Source of the DNA: Persephonella sp.
GTDB taxonomy: Bacteria; Aquificota; Aquificia; Aquificales; Hydrogenothermaceae
Assembly: GCA_027028005.1 (NCBI GenBank)
Contig: JALVKE010000198.1
Coordinates: 166-64,165, forward strand
Length of the DNA: 64,000 nucleotides
Direction of reading: 5' to 3'
Shown here: piece after piece, positions 1-8,955 of the stretch
How the letters are laid out: each line of letters begins with the position of its first letter
Numbering within the stretch: position 1 is the first letter of the stretch
The notes under the pieces: model-generated
Told to the model about the DNA's origin: nothing
What the model saw: the letters and a program-made list of their open reading frames with translations, nothing else
Databases searched by the model: none
Made by a program: the position numbers and the translations under genes

Positions 1-1
1 A

Positions 2-145
2 AAAAATAAAACCATCATCCTTCAACCAGAAAGTAATCTAAGAGAAAGAGTTAAAAAAGCTCTAAAACTGCAGGATGAACTTTTAAAAAGAGGCATAGAA
101 AGTAGAATAATCCCTCAATGTCATAAAGTATTAGGTCTTCCTTAG
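2..145 (+). CDS. C-terminal fragment of a gene cut by the window edge; product unknown
   Basis: Frame 2 is open from the window edge to TAG at 143-145 (...LKRGIESRIIPQCHKVLGLP*). No motif recognised. Confidence 0.3.
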   Translation, partial: KNKTIILQPESNLRERVKKALKLQDELLKRGIESRIIPQCHKVLGLP

Positions 146-212
146 GTTAATAGACTAAAAAGCTTATTTGCTTTAAGATATTTTCAATATAATAAAAATA
201 CAAAGGTGAGAA

Positions 213-1121
213 ATGGAACTTCTTCAAGCTATTATTTTGTCTATTAGAGACCTAGGAAGATGGGACATAAAGATTATATCTATTGTTAATGGAATTATAT
301 GGCTTTTTATATGGATAGGAATAGGATATTTTTCGTGGGATTATATCTTTTCATTTACTATGCAACTTCTAAATCTTATTCCTTTCTCCTTTATTAAGTT
401 TAGTGGTGGATATGTTATCTACACTATACTTGGTATACAGGCAATCTTAATAACTATAGGAATTTTATTTGCTTTATTAAATGAACCTATAGAGAGGGCT
501 CTTGAAAAAACTCACTTTCATTATTTAGGCATTACCATTGGAATTGCTGTGATACTATTTTGGGGTTTTATATTTTTTGTTTTTAAAGATGAAATTCTTG
601 GTTATATTTTTCATGTGTTAAAAGTTTTACCCTTTAAAACTGTTGAAGAGTTAATAGGTGCTTTTTTAGCAGTCCTTTATCTATATCTTCTATATACAGC
701 TTCTATATTTTTTTCTTTCCTTTTTATATCCATTCCAAAGTTAAAACAACTAGCTAAACAGGAATATCCTGATATAGAGATAGGAAATATAAACTATCCA
801 AAACTCTTTTTTATTCTTTTAAGAGATTTTATTATCTTTTTTGTGCTTGCCATTATTTTATACCCTGTTATGTTAATTCCTGTTTTAAACTTTTTAACGC
901 TTCTTCTTTTGTTTGTTATATCTATAAAGGAAAGTTACTACTACCTTATAAAATCTATGTTTAAAGAGCATATATCTAAAATAGAACTGTGGATTATTTC
1001 TCTTATATCAGCGATGTTAAACTTCCTACCTGTAATTAATATTTTTTCTCCTGCATTTGAGATTTTGACCCTTTATCATCACGCTCTAGAAAAGAAAAAG
1101 AAAAAACTAAAGCTAAATTAA
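213..1121 (+). CDS. polytopic integral membrane protein, function unknown
   Basis: 302-aa ORF with AGGTGA Shine-Dalgarno 6 nt upstream of ATG. It has 7-8 long hydrophobic segments. No catalytic motif recognised. Confidence 0.6.
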   Translation: MELLQAIILSIRDLGRWDIKIISIVNGIIWLFIWIGIGYFSWDYIFSFTMQLLNLIPFSFIKFSGGYVIYTILGIQAILITIGILFALLNEPIERALEKTHFHYLGITIGIAVILFWGFIFFVFKDEILGYIFHVLKVLPFKTVEELIGAFLAVLYLYLLYTASIFFSFLFISIPKLKQLAKQEYPDIEIGNINYPKLFFILLRDFIIFFVLAIILYPVMLIPVLNFLTLLLLFVISIKESYYYLIKSMFKEHISKIELWIISLISAMLNFLPVINIFSPAFEILTLYHHALEKKKKKLKLN

Positions 1122-1772
1122 CTGTTTTATGATATTTACTCCATAGCTGGTGCCTATTCTGTCTGCACCAGCTTTTATCATAGCTAAAGCTGTTTTGTAA
1201 TCCCTAATACCCCCTGCTGCCTTAACTTTTAACTGTTCTCCAGCTAAACTTTTAAATAGTTTAACATCTTCAACTGTAGCACCTTTTGGCGCAAAACCTG
1301 TTGATGTTTTTATAAACTCAGCTCCACTGTTTTTAACTAGCTTTACAGCTATAACTTTTTCATCATGATTTAGATAGGCTGTTTCAACAATTATCTTGTG
1401 AATACAGTTTTCAGTATACTGAACTAGAGTTTTTAATTCGTTTTCTACATAAGAAAAATCTTTTGATTTAAAAGCAGATATATTCCAAACAATATCAAGC
1501 TCATCTGCTCCATCTTGGCAGGCTAGCGTAGCTTCAAGAAGCTTTGTCTTTAAAAGATTTGCTCCTAGAGGAAATCCTACAACAGAACAGACCTTGACAG
1601 ACCTGTCTTTTAGTTGATTCTTTGCAAAGGATACATAGAATGGATTTACACACACAGCATAAAAACCAAACTCAACAGCTTCTTGACATAGTTTTTCTAT
1701 ATCTTTATACGTCGCATAAGGTTTAAGATTTGTATGATCTATATATTTAGCTATGTTTAAGGACGAAGGCAT
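1113..1772 (-). CDS. deoC: deoxyribose-phosphate aldolase
   Basis: IDHTNLKP near the N-terminus, Schiff-base lysine context FIKTSTGF, and GGIR near the C-terminus. The ORF runs to 1823, but ATG at 1772 (MPSSLNIAKYIDHTNL) fits homologues and shortens the overlap with prmA. Confidence 0.85.
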   Translation of the reverse strand: MPSSLNIAKYIDHTNLKPYATYKDIEKLCQEAVEFGFYAVCVNPFYVSFAKNQLKDRSVKVCSVVGFPLGANLLKTKLLEATLACQDGADELDIVWNISAFKSKDFSYVENELKTLVQYTENCIHKIIVETAYLNHDEKVIAVKLVKNSGAEFIKTSTGFAPKGATVEDVKLFKSLAGEQLKVKAAGGIRDYKTALAMIKAGADRIGTSYGVNIIKQLI

Positions 1773-2586
1773 ACCATAAATCCTCAGATTTTTCAGGTGA
1801 TTCTGGTTTTGATATTTCCTCAACTATTTCAAGATTATGAGCTTTTGCCAAGTCTAAAAACTCCTTTTTCTCTTTATCCTTAAAAATACCAGAAATAATC
1901 AGATACTTTTTAAAATGAGAAGGAATGTACTTAAAATATTTTCTAAAAATATCTATTTGAAGGTTTGCAAGAATTACATCAAACAAATCATCTATATCTT
2001 CAACAGATTTTTCTTCACAATCTATATTAACCTGATTTTCCCAAGCGTTTATCTTGCACTCTTCTACAGCTTTATCATGTATATCTATAGCTTTTACTTT
2101 CGAAGCTCCTAGCTTTGCAGCAGCTATTGCTAAAATACCTGTTCCTGTTCCTATATCTAAAACAGAATCACCCTTTTTTACATACTTAGGAAGAAGAGAC
2201 AGAACCAGTTGAGTTGTTGCATGTAATCCAGTTCCAAAAGCCTGTGCTATTTTCAGTTTTATTGGAATAAGCTCATTTTCCTTATATATTTCCCATTCAG
2301 GAATAATGATAAATGGTGGTATCTCAATAGGTTTAAAATTTTCTTTCCATTTTTCTTCCCAGTTTTCTTCTTGCAGATCCTCTTCCAGCACTATCTTTCC
2401 ATTTCCGAGATCTTCAAATATTTCATTAACAGCAGATTTTAAAGAATTTACCTCGCTATCCTCTGCATAAATAGCAAAAATCGTATTTTCCTCATCTTTA
2501 TTTATAATTTCCAGTCCATAACCATTTAACTCAACAACAAATAGCTCAAAAAGATCTGTTGGAATCTGATATATCAATTTTTTCAT
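1747..2586 (-). CDS. prmA: ribosomal protein L11 methyltransferase
   Basis: 279 aa. SAM-binding motif VLDIGTGTGILAIAAAKLGA and PrmA-like N-terminal domain (FGTGLHATTQL). Confidence 0.85.
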   Translation of the reverse strand: MKKLIYQIPTDLFELFVVELNGYGLEIINKDEENTIFAIYAEDSEVNSLKSAVNEIFEDLGNGKIVLEEDLQEENWEEKWKENFKPIEIPPFIIIPEWEIYKENELIPIKLKIAQAFGTGLHATTQLVLSLLPKYVKKGDSVLDIGTGTGILAIAAAKLGASKVKAIDIHDKAVEECKINAWENQVNIDCEEKSVEDIDDLFDVILANLQIDIFRKYFKYIPSHFKKYLIISGIFKDKEKKEFLDLAKAHNLEIVEEISKPESPEKSEDLWYAFVLKHS

Positions 2587-2588
2587 AC

Positions 2589-3011
2589 TTAAACTCTTTT
2601 TATTTCAAAGATAAGATTTCCATAAACATCGAAGAAAAATCTTACTTTTAATGATTTACCATTAATGTTCTTTGTAAGTTCTATAAAATCTTTTACTTCA
2701 ACATCTCCATTACTTTTTATTCTTATCCTTCTGTAATGAGTAGCTTCCTCTGTTTTCAAAGAGTAGGTTATTTTTAAGTGGATTCCATCTGAGTATTCAA
2801 TCTTTTTTATCTCATCAAGATCTGGGAGAGGAGCAGTTTCTATTTTTTCAAGCCAATCTTCATATAGATCTGGTTGTTCCACAGATATCTTTAGATAATC
2901 TTCTATTTCCTCTACATTAATTTCTGAAAGCTCCTCTTCCAGTATTGCTTTTACATAGGAGAGAAATTCTAAAAAATTTTCTTCTACTTCCTTCCGTAGA
3001 CTCTCTTCCAA
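2589..3011 (-). CDS. hypothetical acidic protein in the hspR-dnaJ operon
   Basis: 140-aa ORF packed tightly between hspR (11-nt gap) and prmA (2-nt gap). The N-terminal half is very E/D-rich. No motif recognised. Confidence 0.5.
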   Translation of the reverse strand: MEESLRKEVEENFLEFLSYVKAILEEELSEINVEEIEDYLKISVEQPDLYEDWLEKIETAPLPDLDEIKKIEYSDGIHLKITYSLKTEEATHYRRIRIKSNGDVEVKDFIELTKNINGKSLKVRFFFDVYGNLIFEIKRV

Positions 3012-3022
3012 GATAAAATCCT

Positions 3023-3454
3023 CTACTTATCTTCGTTTTTTCTGTATCTATTATACATATACTCTTCAAGTTTGGTAATCTCTACTTTGGGAATTTTAAC
3101 AAGGGCATTTTGCTGAGCTTCTAAATCTTCAGCATACCTTCTTTTTATCTCCTCCTGTATAAACTCTAAAAGATACTCTATCTGTTTTTGCATCTGTTCC
3201 ATCTGTTCTTTCATTCTGAGAATAGCATCTACTCCTGCAAGATTAACTCCAAGTTCCCTTGTTAAGAAAAGAATAAATTCAAGCTTTTCTATATCTTCCT
3301 GCGAGTAAAGTCTTGTCTTTCCTTCTGTTCTTGAAGGTGTTAAAAGACCTTCTCTTTCATACAGTCTTAATGTTTGAGGATGTATATTAAACATTCTAGA
3401 TACAGCACCTATCATATAGACAGGTTCTTTTTTTCTATTGTTTTCTCTCTTCAT
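3023..3454 (-). CDS. hspR: MerR-family heat-shock regulator (HspR-like)
   Basis: N-terminal MerR HTH (IGAVSRMFNIHPQTLRLYEREGLLTPSRT.GKTRLYS). It lies immediately downstream of dnaJ, as in hspR operons. Confidence 0.75.
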   Translation of the reverse strand: MKRENNRKKEPVYMIGAVSRMFNIHPQTLRLYEREGLLTPSRTEGKTRLYSQEDIEKLEFILFLTRELGVNLAGVDAILRMKEQMEQMQKQIEYLLEFIQEEIKRRYAEDLEAQQNALVKIPKVEITKLEEYMYNRYRKNEDK

Positions 3455-3469
3455 AGCGCCTCACCTCTT

Positions 3470-4630
3470 TTATGGTTTTTCATATCTGGTTTGGGGTTTT
3501 GGAATTTCTTTATCAAGTTCCTCAACAAGTTTTTTAGCTTTTTTAGATAGTTCTTTTATTGACGGTATTATCACATTAACTACAGCAACTAAATCCCCAT
3601 AACCAGATGATTTAAGTCTTGGCATCCCCTTCCCTGGTATTCTTATATGCTCTCCACTTTGAGTACCTGGTGGTATCTCTATCTTTTCTGTTTTTCCATC
3701 TAATGTAGGGACTTCTATTTGTGTACCTTTTATAGCTTCTGTAACAGTTATATTAACTTTTACATACAGATTATCCCCTTTTCTCTCAAAAAGCCAGTGA
3801 GGTTGAACATTTACTATAATCCATAGATCTCCGGGAGGTCCTCCGAATTTTCCACTGTGACCTTTTCCAGGTACTCTTAGCTTTGTTCCATTATCTACTC
3901 CAGGGGGAATCTTTACCTTAACAGTTTCTGTTTTTAGAACAAGACCTCTTCCATTACAAACATCACAAGGTTCCTGTATAACCCCTGTTCCACCACATTC
4001 AGGACAGGTTTGAGCTATCTGCATAAAACCTGATGAGTAAACAACCTGACCTGTTCCACCACACTGTGGACATGTTCTTGGAGTTGAACCAGGTTTAACA
4101 CCAGTTCCTGCACATTTTTCACATACAACATATCTTGGGACTTCTATTGTAAGAGTTGTTCCTTTATACGCATCTTCTAAAGAGATAGTAACTGTTTGAT
4201 ATATATCCTCTCCTCTTTCTTTCTGATATGTTCTGCCTTTTTTCTCTCTTCTTGTTCTTCTACTTCCACCAAAGAATCCACCAAGAATATCTTCTAAATC
4301 TTCAAATATACTTCCAAAATCTCCTCCTCTGGATCTTCCACCAAAGCCAAATAAATCTTCAATATTTATATCTTCAAAGCCTCCAGCACCAGCTCCACCA
4401 CCACTAAATGCAGCATGTCCAAATTGATCATACATTTTTCTTTTTTCAGGATCAGATAAAACCTGATATGCTTCACTGATCTCTTTGAATTTTTCTTCAG
4501 CTTCTTTTTTATTATTTGGATTTAGATCTGGATGATATTTTCTTGCAAGTTTTCTATAAGCTTTTTTTATTTCCTCCTGAGTTGCGTTCCTGCTAACCCC
4601 CAATATTTCATAGTAATCTTTTTTTGCCAT
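3470..4630 (-). CDS. dnaJ: molecular chaperone DnaJ
   Basis: J domain with HPD (KYHPDLNP), a G/F-rich linker, and four CxxCxGxG repeats ([32 protein letters not shown]). GAGGTGA RBS. Confidence 0.95.
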   Translation of the reverse strand: MAKKDYYEILGVSRNATQEEIKKAYRKLARKYHPDLNPNNKKEAEEKFKEISEAYQVLSDPEKRKMYDQFGHAAFSGGGAGAGGFEDINIEDLFGFGGRSRGGDFGSIFEDLEDILGGFFGGSRRTRREKKGRTYQKERGEDIYQTVTISLEDAYKGTTLTIEVPRYVVCEKCAGTGVKPGSTPRTCPQCGGTGQVVYSSGFMQIAQTCPECGGTGVIQEPCDVCNGRGLVLKTETVKVKIPPGVDNGTKLRVPGKGHSGKFGGPPGDLWIIVNVQPHWLFERKGDNLYVKVNITVTEAIKGTQIEVPTLDGKTEKIEIPPGTQSGEHIRIPGKGMPRLKSSGYGDLVAVVNVIIPSIKELSKKAKKLVEELDKEIPKPQTRYEKP

Positions 4631-4667
4631 TTATCACCTCTTATTCTATCCTTTATTATCAATCATT

Positions 4668-4696
4668 AATATATAACTTTAGTCTAATATTGTCAA
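4668..4696 (-). promoter_or_regulatory. candidate sigma-70 promoter of the dnaJ-hspR operon
   Basis: On the minus strand: TTGACA (4696-4691), a 17-nt spacer, then TATATT (4673-4668), about 35 nt upstream of the dnaJ ATG. Confidence 0.4.
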
Positions 4697-4802
4697 ATTA
4701 TCACAAATAGTTAAATGAAAAAATTTTAGTTATATTCTTAACATTTGTCAAAAAATTTTTATTATATAAAATAAACTGAAACTATGTACCTGTAAGATTT
4801 TT

Positions 4803-5927
4803 ATGCTGAAAAAAATATCTTTTGCTTTATTTGACAGTGGAGAAACTATACTAGGTGCCCTTGTATTTTCCACATTTTTTCCTCTCTATATAACAAATTA
4901 TCTAGATACAAAGATATACACCTTTCTATATGGGATTTCCTTTGGAATTTCATTTATATTAGCACTGATACTAGGTAAAGTTGCAGATGAAAAAGGTTTA
5001 AGAAAAGGCTTTTTTCTCCTTTTCTCTATACTTACAACTTTAAGCGGCATTGCTTTATATCTTTTTTACAAAAGTATATATTTAGCTCTTTTTGTTTTTA
5101 TCCTGATGGCTATTTTTCATCAACAAACAATTGTTTTTTACAACTCTATGCTTGTTTCTTTTGAAGATAAGGGTTTTACATCTGGACTTGGAGTTGCATT
5201 TGGATATGTAGGTTCTGCTATTTCCTTGATATTTCTGGCAAAACTTTTAAAGATTCCTGATGTATTTTTAATCTCAGCAGTTATCTTTCTCTTTCTATCA
5301 TTTCCATCCTTTTTATTTTTAGAAAATCCAAAGGTGAAGACTAAGGTTTCTATAAAAGAAATAATTAAAGAGAGAGATTTTCTTTTTACAATTATATCGA
5401 TCCTTTCTCTTACAGAAGTTGCAAATACACTAATAGCAGTGATGGGAATCTATCTAAGGGAGGTTTACAGATTTGAAGACTTCCTTATTTACAGGATAAT
5501 TGGAATTTCAGCAATTGGTGGAGTGATAGGCGGTATCTTTTGGGGATATTTATCTGATAGATTTAGAGTTGAAAAGATATTTTTACTTGGTTTTTTCTTG
5601 TGGATTTTCTTTTTAATATTACTACCTTTTATACCGGCGGATTTTGTCTACTTTATAGGATTTTTAGCAGGTTTTTCCCTTTCTCATATCTGGACAGTAT
5701 CCAGGATACTTCTTATAGAAAAGTTTCCAGAAAAGCAGGTTTCAACAAGAATGTCTTTTTTATCCTTAACAGAAAGAATAGCATCAACAACTGGTCTAGT
5801 TGTATGGAGTTTTTTGCTCCTAATAACAGATAATAATTTTAAGCTCTCAGCATTTTTAATGATTTTATTTCCAATAGCAGGGTTGTGCTTTTATAGAGTT
5901 TCTTATAAGAAGCATTTTAAAACTTGA
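4803..5927 (+). CDS. MFS-type transporter (possible lysophospholipid/LplT-like or UMF1-type)
   Basis: 374 aa with about 11-12 hydrophobic helices and an MFS-like layout. Same strand as, and upstream of, the Aas-like gene. Confidence 0.7.
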   Translation: MLKKISFALFDSGETILGALVFSTFFPLYITNYLDTKIYTFLYGISFGISFILALILGKVADEKGLRKGFFLLFSILTTLSGIALYLFYKSIYLALFVFILMAIFHQQTIVFYNSMLVSFEDKGFTSGLGVAFGYVGSAISLIFLAKLLKIPDVFLISAVIFLFLSFPSFLFLENPKVKTKVSIKEIIKERDFLFTIISILSLTEVANTLIAVMGIYLREVYRFEDFLIYRIIGISAIGGVIGGIFWGYLSDRFRVEKIFLLGFFLWIFFLILLPFIPADFVYFIGFLAGFSLSHIWTVSRILLIEKFPEKQVSTRMSFLSLTERIASTTGLVVWSFLLLITDNNFKLSAFLMILFPIAGLCFYRVSYKKHFKT

Positions 5928-5978
5928 CAACATTTTATTTATAGCCAATACTTAAATCTCATACAGGAGGATATCTTA

Positions 5979-6286
5979 AGTGGTTTAACTTTTATTGAAA
6001 AAAGAATTGAAGGAAGCTTTAGAATTGACAGTAAAAGTATCAAAGCAAATAAGAAAGGATTTTGAAGGAAAGAGGAAAAAGATCCGTAAGGGGTTATACA
6101 GTGGAGCAAAAAGAACAAAAGGTTTTATTATCTGATTTTTTATACATAGATAGAGAAAGAATAGCTTCCTATTATGCTCAAATCTTTGGTGGAGATTTAT
6201 TAAGTGTAGAAGAGGTTCTGGAATATCTGGAAGATTACCTAAAATCACCGATGCACTATCAGAAGCTTTTCTTTATAGTGCACTAA
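5979..6286 (+). pseudogene. possible decayed or frameshifted small gene (two adjoining frames), product unknown
   Basis: AGGAGG at 5965-5970 has no clean start codon after it. One frame (SGLTFIEKRIEGSFRIDSKSIKANKKGF*) stops at 6063-6065. The -1 frame continues from 6062 (LKERGKRSV...FLYIDRERIASYYAQIFGG...) to 6286. The junction lies in a T4 run at 6060-6063. Confidence 0.2.
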
Positions 6287-6379
6287 AGGAGTTTCTTCTT
6301 GCTACGTCCCCCAATGGTATTTCTTCCAGATAGCATATATATAGTATATAGTATTTGATTATAAAATTGATGAATAACT

Positions 6380-8815
6380 ATGGATTTTATAAAAATATCC
6401 AATCATGCAAAACTGATTTATAAAGACAGGCAGATAGACTCAAAAGAGATACAGGAAAATATTGATTTTTTTTCAAGATTTATAAAAGGAAACTCTAAAG
6501 TCTGTATTTTTTCAAAAAACAGACCTGAATGGATTTATACTTTTTTTGCTACATGGAAAAAAGGTGGAATAAATATTCCTATTGATTTTATGTCCTCTGT
6601 AGATGAGGTTAGCTATATACTGAATGATTCAAGACCTGATTTTATCTTTACATCAGAAGAAAATCTTAAAACAGTTGAAAAAGCTATAGAAAGCCTCAGT
6701 TACAAGCCAAAGATATTAATTTTTGAACATATGAAAGATGGGGAGTTTGAGGAGAAAAAAGTTGATAAAAACGTTGATGATACAGCTGTTATTCTTTACA
6801 CATCTGGAACAACAGGAAAACCAAAAGGGGTTATGCTTTCATATGAAAACCTTCTATCAAACATAGAGGGGTTAGATGACAGAAAAATAGCAACTTCTGA
6901 TGATTCAACTATAGCAATACTTCCTTTCCACCACTCTTACCCTCTTATGGTGAGTATGCTTTATCCCCTCCATATTGGAGCAAAGATAGTTTTTATAGAA
7001 ACTCTATCAGCATCTGAGATACTAAATGTGATGAAAAAGGAAAAAATATCTGTTCTAATTGGTGTTCCAAGACTTTATGAGCTTTTCCATAGAAAGATAT
7101 TTGAAAAGATAAATCAAAATCTAATTGCAAAAGGTCTGTTTAAGATTGTTAAGAAAATTAATAATCAGAATCTTAGCAAAAGGATATTTGAAAGAGTGCA
7201 TAATGAGTTTGGAGGAAATATAAAGTTCTTTGTTAGTGGTGGAGCAAAACTTGATATAGATATTGCAAAGGACTTATGGGCTTTAGGTTTTAAGATAATA
7301 GAGGGATATGGATTAACAGAAACATCACCAATTGTTTCCTTTAATCCAAAAGAAAAAATAAAGCTTGGTTCTGTTGGAACACCTATTAAAGATGTAGAAG
7401 TAAAGATTGAAGATAGTGAAATCCTTGTAAAAGGTAAAAACGTTTTTAAGGGATATTTAAATAATCCTGAAAAAACAAAAGAGTCTTTTAAGAATGGATG
7501 GTTTTTAACAGGGGATTTAGGTTATATAGATGAAGAGGGTTATCTTTATATAACAGGTAGAAAAAAAGAGATAATAGTCCTTCCAAATGGAAAAAATATA
7601 AACCCTGAAGAGATTGAAAACAAAATAAAGAAAATTTCAGATATTGTAAAAGAAGTAGCAGTTTTACAAAAAGATAACCACCTTTTTCTAATAGTTTATC
7701 CTGATTTTGAGAAGATAAAAGAAAAAGGAGTAGTTAATATAGAAGAAACAGTAAAATGGAAAGTAATAGACAAGTACAATTTAACTGTTCCTCCCTATGA
7801 AAGAATTCATGGCTTTAAGATAGTAAAAAGAGAACTTCCAAAAACGAGACTTGGAAAGATAAAAAGGTTTATGCTTGATGAGTTTTTAAAAGAAGAAGAA
7901 AAAGAAAAATCTGTAAAAGAACCAGAGTTTATAGAATATAGAATAATAAAAGATTATCTTGAAAAAGTTGTAAAAAGAAAGGTATATCCTGATAACCATA
8001 TTGAGATAGATTTAGGACTTGATTCTTTAGAGAAGATAGAGTTTTTAACATTCTTAGAAAATAGTTTTGGTATTGATATCTCAGAAAAAGAACTTGCTAG
8101 GTATCCAACTGTTGTTGAGATAGCTAAATATGTAAAAGAGAAGAAAAGAAAGCTTGAAGTTGAGGAGGTAAACTGGAAAAAAGTTTTAGAGAAGGAGATA
8201 AAGGTTGATATATTTGAAAGTGGGATTCCTCTAATACTTCTAAAGTATCTTTTAAAGCCTGTTTTCAAGGTTTATTTTAGATTGGACGTAAAAGGGACTG
8301 AAAATATAAAGGAGAAGAACGCTATCTTTATATCAAACCATCAGAGTTATTTAGATGGTTTTCTAATAATTTCAACGCTTCCAAATGATGTTCTGAAAGA
8401 TATATACTTTTTAGCAGAAGAGACCTACTTTAACGATAGATTTAAGAAACTCATTGGAAAAATCTTCCATGTGATTCCTGTAAATATCAATAAAAATCTT
8501 AAGGAAACTCTTCAAAAAACAGCTTATATTTTAAAAAATAGAAAAAGTGTGTTGATATTTCCAGAAGGAGCAAGAACAAGAGATGGAAATCTCCTTGAGT
8601 TCAAAAAAGCATTTGCCATCTTAAGCAAAGAGCTTAACAAACCTGTTCAACCTATAGTCATAAAAGGTGCTTTTGATGCTTTTCCTATAGGTTCAAAATT
8701 TCCAAAACCTAAAAAAATAACTATTGAATATCTAAAACCTATCTATCCAGATAGTAAAGATATAGATGAGATAGTAAACATTTCAAGAGAAATGATAGAG
8801 AAGAAACTTTTATAG
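6380..8815 (+). CDS. three-domain fusion: acyl-AMP ligase (acyl-CoA/acyl-ACP synthetase) - carrier protein (PP-binding) - PlsC-type lysophospholipid acyltransferase (Aas-like)
   Basis: AMP-binding motifs YTSGTTGKPKGV, GYGLTE, TGDLG and PKTRLGKIKR. Carrier motif DLGLDSLEKIEF (Ser549 codon at 8024-8026). Acyltransferase HX4D motif NHQSYLD (8336-8356) and FPEGARTRDG. Confidence 0.85.
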   Translation: MDFIKISNHAKLIYKDRQIDSKEIQENIDFFSRFIKGNSKVCIFSKNRPEWIYTFFATWKKGGINIPIDFMSSVDEVSYILNDSRPDFIFTSEENLKTVEKAIESLSYKPKILIFEHMKDGEFEEKKVDKNVDDTAVILYTSGTTGKPKGVMLSYENLLSNIEGLDDRKIATSDDSTIAILPFHHSYPLMVSMLYPLHIGAKIVFIETLSASEILNVMKKEKISVLIGVPRLYELFHRKIFEKINQNLIAKGLFKIVKKINNQNLSKRIFERVHNEFGGNIKFFVSGGAKLDIDIAKDLWALGFKIIEGYGLTETSPIVSFNPKEKIKLGSVGTPIKDVEVKIEDSEILVKGKNVFKGYLNNPEKTKESFKNGWFLTGDLGYIDEEGYLYITGRKKEIIVLPNGKNINPEEIENKIKKISDIVKEVAVLQKDNHLFLIVYPDFEKIKEKGVVNIEETVKWKVIDKYNLTVPPYERIHGFKIVKRELPKTRLGKIKRFMLDEFLKEEEKEKSVKEPEFIEYRIIKDYLEKVVKRKVYPDNHIEIDLGLDSLEKIEFLTFLENSFGIDISEKELARYPTVVEIAKYVKEKKRKLEVEEVNWKKVLEKEIKVDIFESGIPLILLKYLLKPVFKVYFRLDVKGTENIKEKNAIFISNHQSYLDGFLIISTLPNDVLKDIYFLAEETYFNDRFKKLIGKIFHVIPVNINKNLKETLQKTAYILKNRKSVLIFPEGARTRDGNLLEFKKAFAILSKELNKPVQPIVIKGAFDAFPIGSKFPKPKKITIEYLKPIYPDSKDIDEIVNISREMIEKKLL

Positions 8816-8933
8816 TGTTTAAAAATTAGATTACCAATGTTAGAAAATCTATCTTTCTAATTAGAGGAAACATATCCTTATACAAAAAGATAAAAACTTT
8901 TTCATAATCATAGAGTATAAATATTCAGAAAAA

Positions 8934-8955
8934 GGGGCTCTAGAGCCCCTTTTTT
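8934..8955. terminator. bidirectional stem-loop terminator
   Basis: Perfect palindrome GGGGCTCTAGAGCCCC (8934-8949), flanked by an A-run upstream and T6 downstream. It abuts the stop of the gltD-like gene. Confidence 0.6.

Noticed and set aside
4631-4802. HAIR (CTTGAGT-N7-ACTCAAG) or CIRCE (TTAGCACTC-N9-GAGTGCTAA) heat-shock operators upstream of dnaJ-hspR.
   Set aside because: I found neither consensus and no comparable inverted repeat in the intergenic region. If HspR autoregulates here, its operator differs from the actinobacterial/Helicobacter consensus or lies elsewhere.
5600-5833. 77-aa plus-strand ORF inside the MFS gene (alternate frame).
   Set aside because: It is an internal out-of-frame ORF of a membrane-protein gene, with no translation signals.
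5985-6248. 87-aa minus-strand ORF and 74-aa plus-strand ORF (6062-6286) as independent genes.
   Set aside because: Neither has a convincing RBS and start, and they overlap each other almost completely. I treat the region as a possible gene remnant instead (see findings).
7954-8268. 104-aa antisense ORF inside the Aas-like gene. It stands for many similar track ORFs, such as 1915-2112, 10060-10260, 13172-13479, 19377-19559, 20373-20645, 24726-25061, 26892-27149, 33506-33724, 35907-36268, 37443-37706, 45348-45882, 47374-47628, 48763-49089, 53361-53549, 54521-54808, 58081-58305, 59564-59824, 60155-60349, 62198-62386 and 63453-63794.
   Set aside because: All lie wholly inside, and antisense to or out of frame with, genes that have strong family motifs. 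Their products are low-complexity S/F/L/I-rich strings typical of shadow ORFs in AT-rich, purine-skewed coding DNA. None has an RBS.
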